From Candidatus Iainarchaeum sp. (GTDB taxonomy: Archaea; Iainarchaeota; Iainarchaeia; Iainarchaeales; VGJJ01): a DNA stretch of 32,000 nt. The position numbers were made by a program, and so were the translations under genes. Below the pieces are notes generated by a model. It saw only the letters and a list, made by a program, of their open reading frames with translations. It was not told the DNA's origin and did no database searches. Where the stretch lies: assembly GCA_030688545.1 (NCBI GenBank), contig JAUYHT010000002.1, forward strand, positions 270,001 through 302,000, written 5' to 3'. This document shows positions 7,727-16,422 of this stretch, in pieces. Each line of letters begins with the position of its first letter. Within the stretch, counting starts at the first letter, position 1.

Positions 7727-8884
7727 TCATCTCTTCCGGGAGAGGAGCTTTTCCCCTTCCGAAGGGATTTGGCGCATAGCCAGTTTAAGACTCACCATCG
7801 TCCGATCGAAGGAGCGGGCGAGATCCCCCACCTCGTCATCCAATTTCTTGAGGCGGGGATCCACTTCCACATCCAAAACACCATGGGAGATGTCATTGGC
7901 GATCCGTGTCAAGCGTGTGATGGGAGACGCGATGGATTCAGCCACGACCAACACAATCATCACAATCAGTACCAGTGCAATGCCATCCGCCAGAATAATG
8001 AGGTTGCGGAGATCCTCTATCGGGCGCTGGGCCTCCGCCACATCCATCTTAGTAATGAGGCCCCAATTCACTCCTTCAAGGAAACGCGTGGTCGCCAGGA
8101 CCTGCACGCCCCGATAATCCTCCTCGGACTCGAACACTGTTACGTGTCCTTTGGTTGCGGCTATGATTAAAGGGCTGGCATCCACAGCGGCCATGCGCCC
8201 GAACTCCACGCGTTGCGAAGGAAACCGAGGGGGAGTTATGAACACAATATCCCCATCCTCCTCAGCTTGCACGATCATATTTTCCCCGGTCTCTCCCAAT
8301 CCCACCGTTTCATGAGCGATGGACACCAATAGGTCCGCGGGCTGGCGGGCGAGAACCAAACCACTGGTGTCTTCGTTGCTCGACTGGATAGGGGTGAATA
8401 CATAGAGGAAGGGAGAGCGGTTTTCATCCAGGAATACCGGGGAAATCCCGGGGGCCCGCAAGGCCTCCTCGAAAGAAAAAGATAACGGGCGGGAGAAAAA
8501 TGCTCCTGATTCAATGGTGGAAGTCGAGAAGAGAATAACCCCATTGGAATCCAAGAGGTGGATTTCTTTGAAATCGGGATATATAATTTGGATCTCCTTG
8601 AGGGTCTCGGTACCAAGAATAATGGCGGCATTGCGGTCGAGGGAATAAACTTGCAATGCATCCTTGAGGCGCGCACTCGCTTGCAACAAGGAGATGCGTT
8701 CCACGCTCTGTGCCACCGCCTCCTTGATCCGCTCTTGCTGAAGGGATGCGATGGCACCCATGTGCCCGATGTGGGAGGCGGCCAATGCCTCCGAGGACTG
8801 GATGATGGTCAACGACCCCACCAGGAACATCGTAACGGAAGTCAGTATGATGGACAAGAGGATTAGTTTAGTCCGGATATGCAT
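7727..8884 (-). CDS. Membrane sensor with extracellular Cache-type domain and cytoplasmic HAMP, no output domain
   Basis: TM1 LILLSIILTSVTMFLVGSL, then a periplasmic region of about 290 aa with a Cache-like GLGETGENMIV motif, then TM2 and HAMP (PITRLTRIANDISHGVLDVEV...DEVGDLARSFDRT). Start placed at ATG 8884 (MHIRTK), because the tracked start at 8968 would put 28 residues ahead of the first TM helix. Confidence 0.75.
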   Translation of the reverse strand: MHIRTKLILLSIILTSVTMFLVGSLTIIQSSEALAASHIGHMGAIASLQQERIKEAVAQSVERISLLQASARLKDALQVYSLDRNAAIILGTETLKEIQIIYPDFKEIHLLDSNGVILFSTSTIESGAFFSRPLSFSFEEALRAPGISPVFLDENRSPFLYVFTPIQSSNEDTSGLVLARQPADLLVSIAHETVGLGETGENMIVQAEEDGDIVFITPPRFPSQRVEFGRMAAVDASPLIIAATKGHVTVFESEEDYRGVQVLATTRFLEGVNWGLITKMDVAEAQRPIEDLRNLIILADGIALVLIVMIVLVVAESIASPITRLTRIANDISHGVLDVEVDPRLKKLDDEVGDLARSFDRTMVSLKLAMRQIPSEGEKLLSRKR

Positions 8885-9009
8885 AATGGTAAAAGGACCC
8901 CCACCCCCCTTATATGCGTGTCTGCGAATGGAAAAATGCCCCCTTCCTGTAATGAGGAAGCACCCCATTAATCAGCGCTATCTATCCACGTAGGTGAAAA
9001 TAGGGGGGT

Positions 9010-9642
9010 TCATTCCAGGTCCATGAGGAAACGGAGGAGGGGATCATAGCCCCGTAGACGAATGGCATTATAGCCCATCAGTTGCGCTGGCACCACGTTC
9101 AACCACACATCATCCACGAAAACGATGTGGTCGCGCCGCGCACGCGTGTGTTTCTGCATGAGTTCCATGGTTTCAGGAAAGGGTTTCATCTGACCCAGTT
9201 CACAGGATAATAGCACAAGATCGAAATCCTTGAATGTTTTCTGCTCGCGGTGCAACCTGGCTTGGAGCTCGTGCATGTTAGAAAGCACGCCTATCTTCCA
9301 TCCCTTGGAATGCAAGCGTTTGAGTTCCTGGAGCACCTGGGGGAAAATGATGAATTTCTCCCGATAGGGTTTCACAATCCACTCATTGAATGCCTGTTCG
9401 GAAAGCGGGCGGCCGATGACCTTTTCATAATACGTTTTGGAATCCATCTTCCCCAATTGGGAGGGGATATGAAAGTAGGCCCAGCGGAGGAGGATATACC
9501 AATAAGGCAATGTTGAATGACGCGCCAACCCACGAAGGATTAGACGCTCGGAACTAGGGATAAGCACCCCATGGGCATCCAGGATAAGCCAATACGAAGG
9601 ATGCGCGAACCGTTTACCCTTTCCCTTTCTCTTTTTGGCCAT
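9010..9642 (-). CDS. HAD-superfamily hydrolase (subfamily IA-like)
   Basis: Motif I LILDAHGV (His where the second Asp normally sits), motif II VLSNM, motif III K(P), motif IV FVDD. Confidence 0.7.
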   Translation of the reverse strand: MAKKRKGKGKRFAHPSYWLILDAHGVLIPSSERLILRGLARHSTLPYWYILLRWAYFHIPSQLGKMDSKTYYEKVIGRPLSEQAFNEWIVKPYREKFIIFPQVLQELKRLHSKGWKIGVLSNMHELQARLHREQKTFKDFDLVLLSCELGQMKPFPETMELMQKHTRARRDHIVFVDDVWLNVVPAQLMGYNAIRLRGYDPLLRFLMDLE

Positions 9643-10087
9643 GTTCGGAAGAGGGGAGATTGGGGATTAAATGGGTTTGGGTGGCGCGGGCGGAGGCGAT
9701 GATGTGGCCATCGAATGAGACGGCGACGAAGCCCGGGGATAATAGGTTTAATGTCATTCCATTCGTCAAGGGAATGGGCTGGCGAGCGAAAAAAAGAGAC
9801 AGATGGTTTTCTTCCAGGATCACGCGATTCTGGGTAATATATTTTCCAATGGCCGTAATGAGATTGGTCGTGGGAGTGAATGATTTTCCATCTGTGAATG
9901 CCAAAAGACCAGCGGCATAGAGATTATATGTTTCATCCGGGATGGAAGGGGGGGTGACAATGTACACCTTGCTGCCGAACGCATACCATTGCCACCCCCT
10001 CATTATTGAAAACGGAATGCCATAGCGTTGAGTGAGATGATGGGTGTAGCGGAGCGTTTCCTTGGGTGGGAGGAAGGTAAGTTTCAT
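9614..10087 (-). CDS. Stand-alone RsmF-type C-terminal module (PUA-like RNA-binding domain)
   Basis: ATGA start/stop overlap with the upstream m5C methyltransferase gene. The C-terminal half GFVAVSFDGHIIASARA...IPNLP resembles the PUA-like tail of RsmF-type enzymes. This assignment is from memory of the family pattern. Confidence 0.5.
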   Translation of the reverse strand: MKLTFLPPKETLRYTHHLTQRYGIPFSIMRGWQWYAFGSKVYIVTPPSIPDETYNLYAAGLLAFTDGKSFTPTTNLITAIGKYITQNRVILEENHLSLFFARQPIPLTNGMTLNLLSPGFVAVSFDGHIIASARATQTHLIPNLPSSEHGQKEKGKG

Positions 10088-11064
10088 GCGGAATCTCCTT
10101 TTCCATCCTTGGTCTTCCGAAGCTTGGCTATGAAAAAGGATTGGGTGTTATTGTCTTGAGGATACAGGCGCCGGGTGTGGGTTATTCCTTTAGCGAATGT
10201 ACGTGAACGGAAAAGTTCCAGACCCGGACGCATGGTCAAACCCAAATCGGGAAAAGGGATTATTTCCATTGACGGGCGCTCATGGAGGAGTGTAGTAACC
10301 ACCCCCTCACATTCCTCAGGAGAGAGGGTGCAGACGCTGTAGACTAATTCCCCTCCCGGTTTCAAGAGATCGGCCGCATGTAGCATGAGCTTGGTTTGAA
10401 GTCTGGCCTTATGGTACACATATTTCTCGGACCAAGCCCTCAGGGCTAATGGATTTTTTCGCAGCAACCCCTCCCCCGAACACGGGGCATCGAGGAGGAT
10501 TTTATCAAACCGCCCTGATAACGGGAGGGTTAACGCATCCTGAAGAGCAATGCGCGTGTTGAGCACCCCCCCTTTTCCAAGGACGAAACGCAGGGAATGG
10601 GCCCGCGTTTTCATGGGTTCGCACGCCAAAAGGGTGCCCTGATTGCCCATCATCTCCGCCAATTGCATGGTTTTGTTCCCCGGGGCCGCGGCCATATCCA
10701 AAACGGTTTCCCCGGGACGCGGATTTAGTATTCGTGGGGGGATTTGAGAGGCCAACTCTTGAGCATGAAGGAAGCCCAACTGGACCTCCCACCACCCCCC
10801 TAAAAAGCCAGGGAGGGTGTCCAGGCGTAGGGCATCGGGGAAGGGAGTGGGGGAAAAAGTAGCTCCCCGCGCGGTAAGACGGCGCTTGGCCCAATCCGGA
10901 TTAGTTTTGAGGGTGTTGATCCGGAGGTAACGCGGCCATTTGGTTTTGGAAATGGCGAGGAAGGCGTTGAAGTCGTCCCGGGGGAGCAGCTCCCAGTAAC
11001 GGGAAACGAGGCGTGGGGGGAGCCGCTCCTTATAGCGGGAAACGTGGCGCGGAGGGAGGGGCAT
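10084..11064 (-). CDS. RsmB/RsmF/NOP2/Sun-family RNA (cytosine-C5)-methyltransferase
   Basis: SAM motif DMAAAPGNKT, motif IV DAPCSGEG, motif VI YSVCTLSPEECE with both catalytic cysteines. Confidence 0.9.
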   Translation of the reverse strand: MPLPPRHVSRYKERLPPRLVSRYWELLPRDDFNAFLAISKTKWPRYLRINTLKTNPDWAKRRLTARGATFSPTPFPDALRLDTLPGFLGGWWEVQLGFLHAQELASQIPPRILNPRPGETVLDMAAAPGNKTMQLAEMMGNQGTLLACEPMKTRAHSLRFVLGKGGVLNTRIALQDALTLPLSGRFDKILLDAPCSGEGLLRKNPLALRAWSEKYVYHKARLQTKLMLHAADLLKPGGELVYSVCTLSPEECEGVVTTLLHERPSMEIIPFPDLGLTMRPGLELFRSRTFAKGITHTRRLYPQDNNTQSFFIAKLRKTKDGKGDSA

Positions 11065-11266
11065 ACGGAATGTCTCCCCACTGTCGCCTTAAAATTCGAC
11101 CCTATTCATTGGGGGGAATTAAACCATTGAACCCTTGATCCTTTTTCAAGGGGCCCATATCAAATCCTCCTGAGAGCCCCCCATACGAGACGAGGGGTCG
11201 GCGGTCCGGGGAGGGCTGGACAAAGATTATGGGACCCGGGAGACCCTCATCTATTCCAATAGGGGA

Positions 11267-11404
11267 ATGGAAGAAATGAAAGCGGATGATAGGGAGACCG
11301 ATTATATGGAGACGGCTGAAACCATATTGAAAATCGCAGGATCCATCGTGGCCCTCATCATCGCCCTCGCCCTGATCGAGGCCGCGCGCCTGGTGGCGGG
11401 GTAA
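11267..11404 (+). CDS. Possible 45-aa small membrane protein
   Basis: ATG...TAA ORF below the track threshold: MEEMKADDRETDYMETAETILKIAGSIVALIIALALIEAARLVAG. It has an acidic head plus one hydrophobic helix. There is no other support. Confidence 0.25.
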   Translation: MEEMKADDRETDYMETAETILKIAGSIVALIIALALIEAARLVAG

Positions 11405-11530
11405 GGGAAATTCATGGGAGATTCAGGGAATGGAGGGGGGCGAGAGCATGATTAAAAATGCAAGAGACGATATACCCATTCCCCCAATCCGTAGCCAGTC
11501 CCCATTAACCAAACACCAGGTGGTATTCCC

Positions 11531-14500
11531 ATGGAAGGTACGCAATCCCAGACACTTATTCCAAGCATCAAGAAAAGGAGCGGCGCGGTCGTCGCCTTCA
11601 ACCAGGACAAGATTACACTCGCCCTCACCAAAGCATTCCACACCACGGGCAAGGAAAACGAATCCCTCGCCCTCAAAATATCAGACAAGGTGTTTGAACG
11701 CCTCCTCCAGGAACGACAGGAGCACCCGGAAGACAGCATCCCCACAGTGGAACACATCCAAGATCTCGTGGAAGAGGAGCTGATGCGCGCGGGAGAAACC
11801 AAAACAGCCAAATCCTACATCCTCTACCGCCAGAAACATGCGGAAGAACGCGACATGAAGCGAACGATGCTGGGGATGCCGGTGGACACGAAAGTGGGAA
11901 TCAACCAGTTGCGGGTGCTCAAGGAACGCTACCTCCTTCGTGACGAGATTGGGAAAATAAAAGAGACCCCGGAACAACTCTGGCGGCGCGTCGCGGATAA
12001 CATCGCGCAGGCCGAACTGAATAGTCCTACTAATTATGGAAACGATACCACGGTAGTAAAAGAATGGTCGGACAAATTCTACACCCTCATGGAAAAAATG
12101 GCCTTCATGCCCAATTCCCCCACATTGATGAATGCGGGGACGCCTATGCAACAATTATCCGCCTGCTTCGTCCTGCCCGTGGAGGATTCTTTAGAAGGAA
12201 TCTATGAAACCATGAAGAACCAAGCGTTAATCCATCAATCCGGAGGGGGAACCGGCTTCTCATTCTCCCGACTGCGGCCCAAAGGGAGTCTGGTGAAAAG
12301 CACAAAAGGTGTGGCCACGGGGCCTGTGGGGTTTATGAGCGTCTACAATGCGTCCACGGAGGTCATCAAGCAGGGAGGAAAACGCCGGGGAGCCAACATG
12401 GGTATTTTAAGAGTGGATCACCCAGACATCCGGGAATTCATCCACTGCAAGGACGACATCACCAAGATCAACAATTTCAACATTTCCGTGGCCATCACTG
12501 AAGCTTTTATGGAGGCCGTGGAGAAGGATGAGGATTTCGACCTTATTGATCCCCATTCCAAAAAAGTGGTGGCGCGCGAAAATGCCCGCGCATTATACGA
12601 CGACCTCGTGGCCTCCGCGTGGAAGAGCGGGGATCCAGGCATCATCTTCATCGACCGCATCAACCGCGACAATCCCGTTCCCCACGTGCACGAGATTGAA
12701 GCTACTAACCCGTGTGTAGCTGGAGATACGCGCGTGAGCACTGAGAAAGGTTTAATGCGAATGGACGATTTAGCAGCCCGGCATCCCGAAGGAGGGCTTC
12801 GTATCGGAACGGATTGTCGCATCCCCATAACGTATATGGATGAGCGTGGGATGATCATGTTCATGGACCAAGATCAAGGTAATCTGAATCTTCGATACAT
12901 TTCACACGCATTTTCGAGTGGAGTAAAACCCGTCTACAAACTTACTACCCACTCCGGGTATGAAATGGAGGCCACGGCCGACCATAAAATATTTACCATT
13001 CAAGGAAAGAAAAAACTGGGCGAATTGATTCCCAAAAAGGATGAAGTGCTCATCCAATGCCAAGAAGGGGCCTACCATTCCAATTTCAAGTTACCCTTTG
13101 ATATTGTCAATACCGTTCTAGGAAAAAATAGACGAACCTATAGGCTTAATCTTCCCACTCATTGGTCGAAGGAACTCGGCCAAACGCTGGGATGGCTGAC
13201 GGGAGATGGATGGCTACGCACGGGCGATAAAAATGTCCGGGTAGGATTTACATTTTCACAGGAGGACTATGTATTATTGCCTTATTTCAAACCCATCATT
13301 AACTCTTTTTATGGAAGGGATATCAAGGAAGTTCTACGGGAAAACGGAGTTTATCACTTATCCTACCATTCCAAATTCTTCGTCAGCTTCTTTTTAGATT
13401 TGGGGGTTCCGCCGGTTGACTGCGAATACAAAACCGTTCCAACGGCTCTTTTTACCGCTCCGAGAGAGGCCGTAATCGGGTATTTGCAAGGGCTGTTCAG
13501 TGCTGATGGAACGGTACGCAATAGCAAAAAGAGCGGAAGCGATTGGATTGCCCTAACCTCTAAGAGCATTCAATTGCTCAAAGAAGTTCAACTGCTTTTG
13601 TTAAATCTCGGAATCAAATCCCAATTATTTAATCGCCATCGCGAGCCGCGCGACAAGTTATTCCGATATGTAAACAAGAAAGGCGAAACAAAATATTATG
13701 GGAGTGATGGCGTGTGTTACGAAATAGGAATATTCGGTGGACACATTGAACAATTCAAGGAAAAAATTGGATTCATTCACCCACAAAAACAAAAAGCGTT
13801 AATGAATTTGCGCTACAGCAAACGCTATGCCACTCAATTTTACGAACCAGTAAAATCAATAAAGTATATGGGCGAAAAAGAAGTCTATGATTTAACGGAG
13901 CCTGCTACCCATTCTATGATTTGCAATGGAATTGTTGCTACCCAATGCGGCGAACAACCTTTAGGGCCGTATGACTCGTGCAACTTGGGAAGCGTGAACC
14001 TGGCCAAGTATGTGAATGACGAGGGAAAGGTGGATTGGAATGGATTGCGGGAAACCATCCGCACCGCGGTGCGCTTCCTGGATAATACCATTGACATGAA
14101 TCAGTATATCATCCCCCAAATTGAACAGATGAACAAGGGCAACCGCCGCATCGGATTGGGAGTCATGGGATGGGCAGACATGCTATTCAGAACAGGGATA
14201 CCTTACAACTCGGAAGAAGGATGCCAGTTCGCCGAGAAGATGGCTAAATTCATCCGTGAGGAAGCGGATGCGATGTCGCAAGAACTGGGAAAAGAAAAAG
14301 GGGTTTTTCCCCATCACAAAGGAAGTATTTATGACCGCCCTGATGGGCCCACGTTTAGAAATTGCGCGCGCATCACCATCGCTCCCACGGGGACAATATC
14401 CATGATCGCCGACTGCTCTTCGGGCGTGGAACCCCTGTTCGCCATCTCATTCGTGAAACGCGTGATGGACGGACAGGAACTCCTGTACGTGAATGAGATA

Positions 14501-15013
14501 TTCAAGGATGTGGCCATCAAGCGAGGATTTTATTCAGAAGAGTTGATGGAGAAAATAGCGTCAGAAGGAACCGCGCAACACTGCGAAAATATTCCGGAAG
14601 ACATACGCAAAACATTCGTGTGCGCGCATGATATCACTCCCTATTGGCATATCCGGATGCAGGCCGCGTGGCAAAAGTACACCGACAATGCCATCTCCAA
14701 GACGGTGAACTTCTCACACGACGCCACCGTGAACGATGTGGGAGAGGTATACATGCTCGCCTACAAACTGGGATGCAAGGGCGTCACCATCTATCGCGAC
14801 GGGAGCAAGGGATTCGATCAGCAGGTACTGAACCTCAATGTGAAAGGGAAAAGCAGCAAGCAAGTGGAAGAGGACTACAAGAGCAAGATCCTCGGTAACA
14901 GCATTACCACCCATGACAGCAAAACCTGCTCCAAGTGCGGAGGGAATAAGCTCCACATGCAGGAGGGCTGCGCCACCTGCATGGATTGCGGGTATAGTTA
15001 CTGCGCCGTGTAG
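11531..15013 (+). CDS. nrdJ: Class II (adenosylcobalamin-dependent) ribonucleoside reductase with N-terminal ATP-cone, interrupted by one intein
   Basis: ATP-cone KKRSGAVVAFNQDKI. Active-site loop split as ATNP / CGEQPLGPYDSCNLGS. Also GLGVMGWADML, TIAPTGTIS, KGVTIYRDGSK and a C-terminal CxxC...CxxC tail. Confidence 0.95.
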   Translation: MEGTQSQTLIPSIKKRSGAVVAFNQDKITLALTKAFHTTGKENESLALKISDKVFERLLQERQEHPEDSIPTVEHIQDLVEEELMRAGETKTAKSYILYRQKHAEERDMKRTMLGMPVDTKVGINQLRVLKERYLLRDEIGKIKETPEQLWRRVADNIAQAELNSPTNYGNDTTVVKEWSDKFYTLMEKMAFMPNSPTLMNAGTPMQQLSACFVLPVEDSLEGIYETMKNQALIHQSGGGTGFSFSRLRPKGSLVKSTKGVATGPVGFMSVYNASTEVIKQGGKRRGANMGILRVDHPDIREFIHCKDDITKINNFNISVAITEAFMEAVEKDEDFDLIDPHSKKVVARENARALYDDLVASAWKSGDPGIIFIDRINRDNPVPHVHEIEATNPCVAGDTRVSTEKGLMRMDDLAARHPEGGLRIGTDCRIPITYMDERGMIMFMDQDQGNLNLRYISHAFSSGVKPVYKLTTHSGYEMEATADHKIFTIQGKKKLGELIPKKDEVLIQCQEGAYHSNFKLPFDIVNTVLGKNRRTYRLNLPTHWSKELGQTLGWLTGDGWLRTGDKNVRVGFTFSQEDYVLLPYFKPIINSFYGRDIKEVLRENGVYHLSYHSKFFVSFFLDLGVPPVDCEYKTVPTALFTAPREAVIGYLQGLFSADGTVRNSKKSGSDWIALTSKSIQLLKEVQLLLLNLGIKSQLFNRHREPRDKLFRYVNKKGETKYYGSDGVCYEIGIFGGHIEQFKEKIGFIHPQKQKALMNLRYSKRYATQFYEPVKSIKYMGEKEVYDLTEPATHSMICNGIVATQCGEQPLGPYDSCNLGSVNLAKYVNDEGKVDWNGLRETIRTAVRFLDNTIDMNQYIIPQIEQMNKGNRRIGLGVMGWADMLFRTGIPYNSEEGCQFAEKMAKFIREEADAMSQELGKEKGVFPHHKGSIYDRPDGPTFRNCARITIAPTGTISMIADCSSGVEPLFAISFVKRVMDGQELLYVNEIFKDVAIKRGFYSEELMEKIASEGTAQHCENIPEDIRKTFVCAHDITPYWHIRMQAAWQKYTDNAISKTVNFSHDATVNDVGEVYMLAYKLGCKGVTIYRDGSKGFDQQVLNLNVKGKSSKQVEEDYKSKILGNSITTHDSKTCSKCGGNKLHMQEGCATCMDCGYSYCAV
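12713..13945 (+). mobile_element. 411-aa intein with LAGLIDADG homing-endonuclease domain, inserted at the catalytic Cys of the NPCGE loop
   Basis: Starts CVAGDTRV (block A). Block B TADHKIF. LAGLIDADG motifs LGWLTGDGW and GYLQGLFSADGTV. Block F/G VYDLTEPATHSMICNGIVATQ followed by the +1 Cys of CGEQPL. Confidence 0.9.
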
Positions 15014-15024
15014 TCCAAAACAAA

Positions 15025-15159
15025 CCGTTTCGGCCGCCGGGAGGGTGTAACCCTCCCTCGTCCATCGGTGCGGCCGGACGAAAACGGCCCATTACACTTG
15101 TGGAGGGGGTGCAGGATCGGGTTCACCGACTAATCGGGAAGTCCGGTCCTGCATCCCGC
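15025..15159. other. Two long GC-rich hairpins in the convergent nrdJ/Nudix intergenic region (terminator or small RNA)
   Basis: Stem 15025-15037 / 15070-15087 (13 bp with a 5-nt bulge) encloses a perfect 7-bp hairpin GGGAGGG-TGTAA-CCCTCCC (15039-15057). A second stem 15105-15120 / 15143-15159 includes a 10-bp core GCAGGATCGG/CCGGTCCTGC and encloses CCGA-CTAA-TCGG. Confidence 0.4.
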
Positions 15160-15165
15160 CACCGA

Positions 15166-15666
15166 TTATTTATCTTTGAATAAAAGCAGGGTCGGCAGAA
15201 GCCATTGATCCGCATTCGGAATGAAAAAGGACGGGTTTTTCTTTAACCCATCCAACAATTCCTTTTTTGAAAACCAGCGAAGCGCCTCTACTTCCTTACC
15301 GGGATGAAACTCGCCTATATCTTGATCGAGAGATACTAAAAAAAGCTGGCAAAAATACTGATGATTCCCCCGGATGCGATTCTTTGGGCCTTTCTGAAAC
15401 AAAACCCCCCGCAACCCAATCTCTTCCTCCGCTTCCTTATAGATATTCTCTTCATAGGTCTCGCCTTTTTCAACCGTCCCGGCCACCGCCGGGCCCCATT
15501 TCCCAGGATCCCTTTTCTTGCTCAAGGCACGCTGGGCGAACAAGAGATGCCCTTTGGAATTGGATACCCATAACGAGGACACCCTGTAGATGTCATTGGG
15601 TTTAAGGAGCGAATGTTCTTTGTATTCGAGAATGGAATCATTTTCATCCACGATGGGGATTTTCAT
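15166..15666 (-). CDS. Nudix hydrolase
   Basis: Nudix box GTVEKGETYEENIYKEAEEEIGL (Gx5Ex7[RK]EAxEExG). ATG at 15666 is preferred over the tracked GTG at 15687. Confidence 0.85.
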   Translation of the reverse strand: MKIPIVDENDSILEYKEHSLLKPNDIYRVSSLWVSNSKGHLLFAQRALSKKRDPGKWGPAVAGTVEKGETYEENIYKEAEEEIGLRGVLFQKGPKNRIRGNHQYFCQLFLVSLDQDIGEFHPGKEVEALRWFSKKELLDGLKKNPSFFIPNADQWLLPTLLLFKDK

Positions 15667-15702
15667 AAAAATTGATATAGGGACCACCCCCTATTAACCT
15701 AT

Positions 15703-16422
15703 ATGAAAAAAATCTACCAAAAACTCCTCCTTACCTACGGCCCCCAGGGGTGGTGGCCCATCTGGCACGCGGACGCCAGTAAACGCTATCGAATGGGGTC
15801 ATATGACCATCCGCGCAACGAGAAAGAACTGCTCGAGATTTGTGTGGGGGCGCTCCTCGCCCAGAATACCAGTTGGAAGAATGCGGAGAAGGCCGTGGAA
15901 CAATTGTCCAAAAAGGGCTATTTTGATTCGGTGAAAAAACTATCCACCACCAAAAAAGAAATAGTGATTCCCCTTATCCGGAGCGCGGGCTACTACAACC
16001 AGAAAGCGGACCGGATCATTCGCTTCGCTCAACATGTGAAAGAAAACCATGGAACGATGACAACGATGCTGAAACAACCCGCGGAAACTCTGCGCGCCGA
16101 ATTATTGGGAATAAATGGGGTTGGTGAAGAGACGGCGGACTCCATCCTCGTGTACGCGGCGCATCAACCCTATTTCATCGCCGATGCGTATGCTCGCCGA
16201 ATTCTCACACGTGTCCATGGATGGGGGAAAGAACCCACCTATGGGAAGATGGTGTCGTTTGTGCATGAGAAAATGCCCCCAAAACCAAAAAACTATGTCG
16301 CTTACAATGAATTCCATTCCCTGCTCGTTGAACATGCTAAACGGTATTGCACTAAAACAGACCCGAAATGCATGCATTGCCCGCTCCGGGCGGGTTGCCG
16401 ATCCGCACTAGTGCAAAAATAG
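15703..16422 (+). CDS. Endonuclease III-related HhH-GPD DNA glycosylase with 4Fe-4S cluster loop
   Basis: HhH LLGINGVGEETADSILVYA and a C-terminal Cys cluster CTKTDPKCMHCPLRAGC. Confidence 0.85.
   Translation: MKKIYQKLLLTYGPQGWWPIWHADASKRYRMGSYDHPRNEKELLEICVGALLAQNTSWKNAEKAVEQLSKKGYFDSVKKLSTTKKEIVIPLIRSAGYYNQKADRIIRFAQHVKENHGTMTTMLKQPAETLRAELLGINGVGEETADSILVYAAHQPYFIADAYARRILTRVHGWGKEPTYGKMVSFVHEKMPPKPKNYVAYNEFHSLLVEHAKRYCTKTDPKCMHCPLRAGCRSALVQK

Noticed and set aside
8885-8968. Upstream 28-codon extension of the Cache-HAMP sensor ORF
   Set aside because: It places a Gly/Arg-rich peptide ahead of the first TM helix. It also covers an ATATAAGG box about 25-30 nt upstream of ATG 8884, which fits a promoter better than coding sequence.
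9010-9642. HAD hydrolase with His in place of the second motif I Asp (DAHGV)
   Set aside because: Noted in the feature evidence only. Motif I variants at the Asp+2 position occur in several HAD subfamilies, so this alone is not remarkable without an alignment.
11065-11530. Possible cobalamin riboswitch or other leader RNA upstream of the B12-dependent RNR
   Set aside because: I could not find the conserved B12-box or a convincing multi-stem junction by eye. Only the small 45-aa ORF is noted. A covariance-model scan would be needed to settle this.
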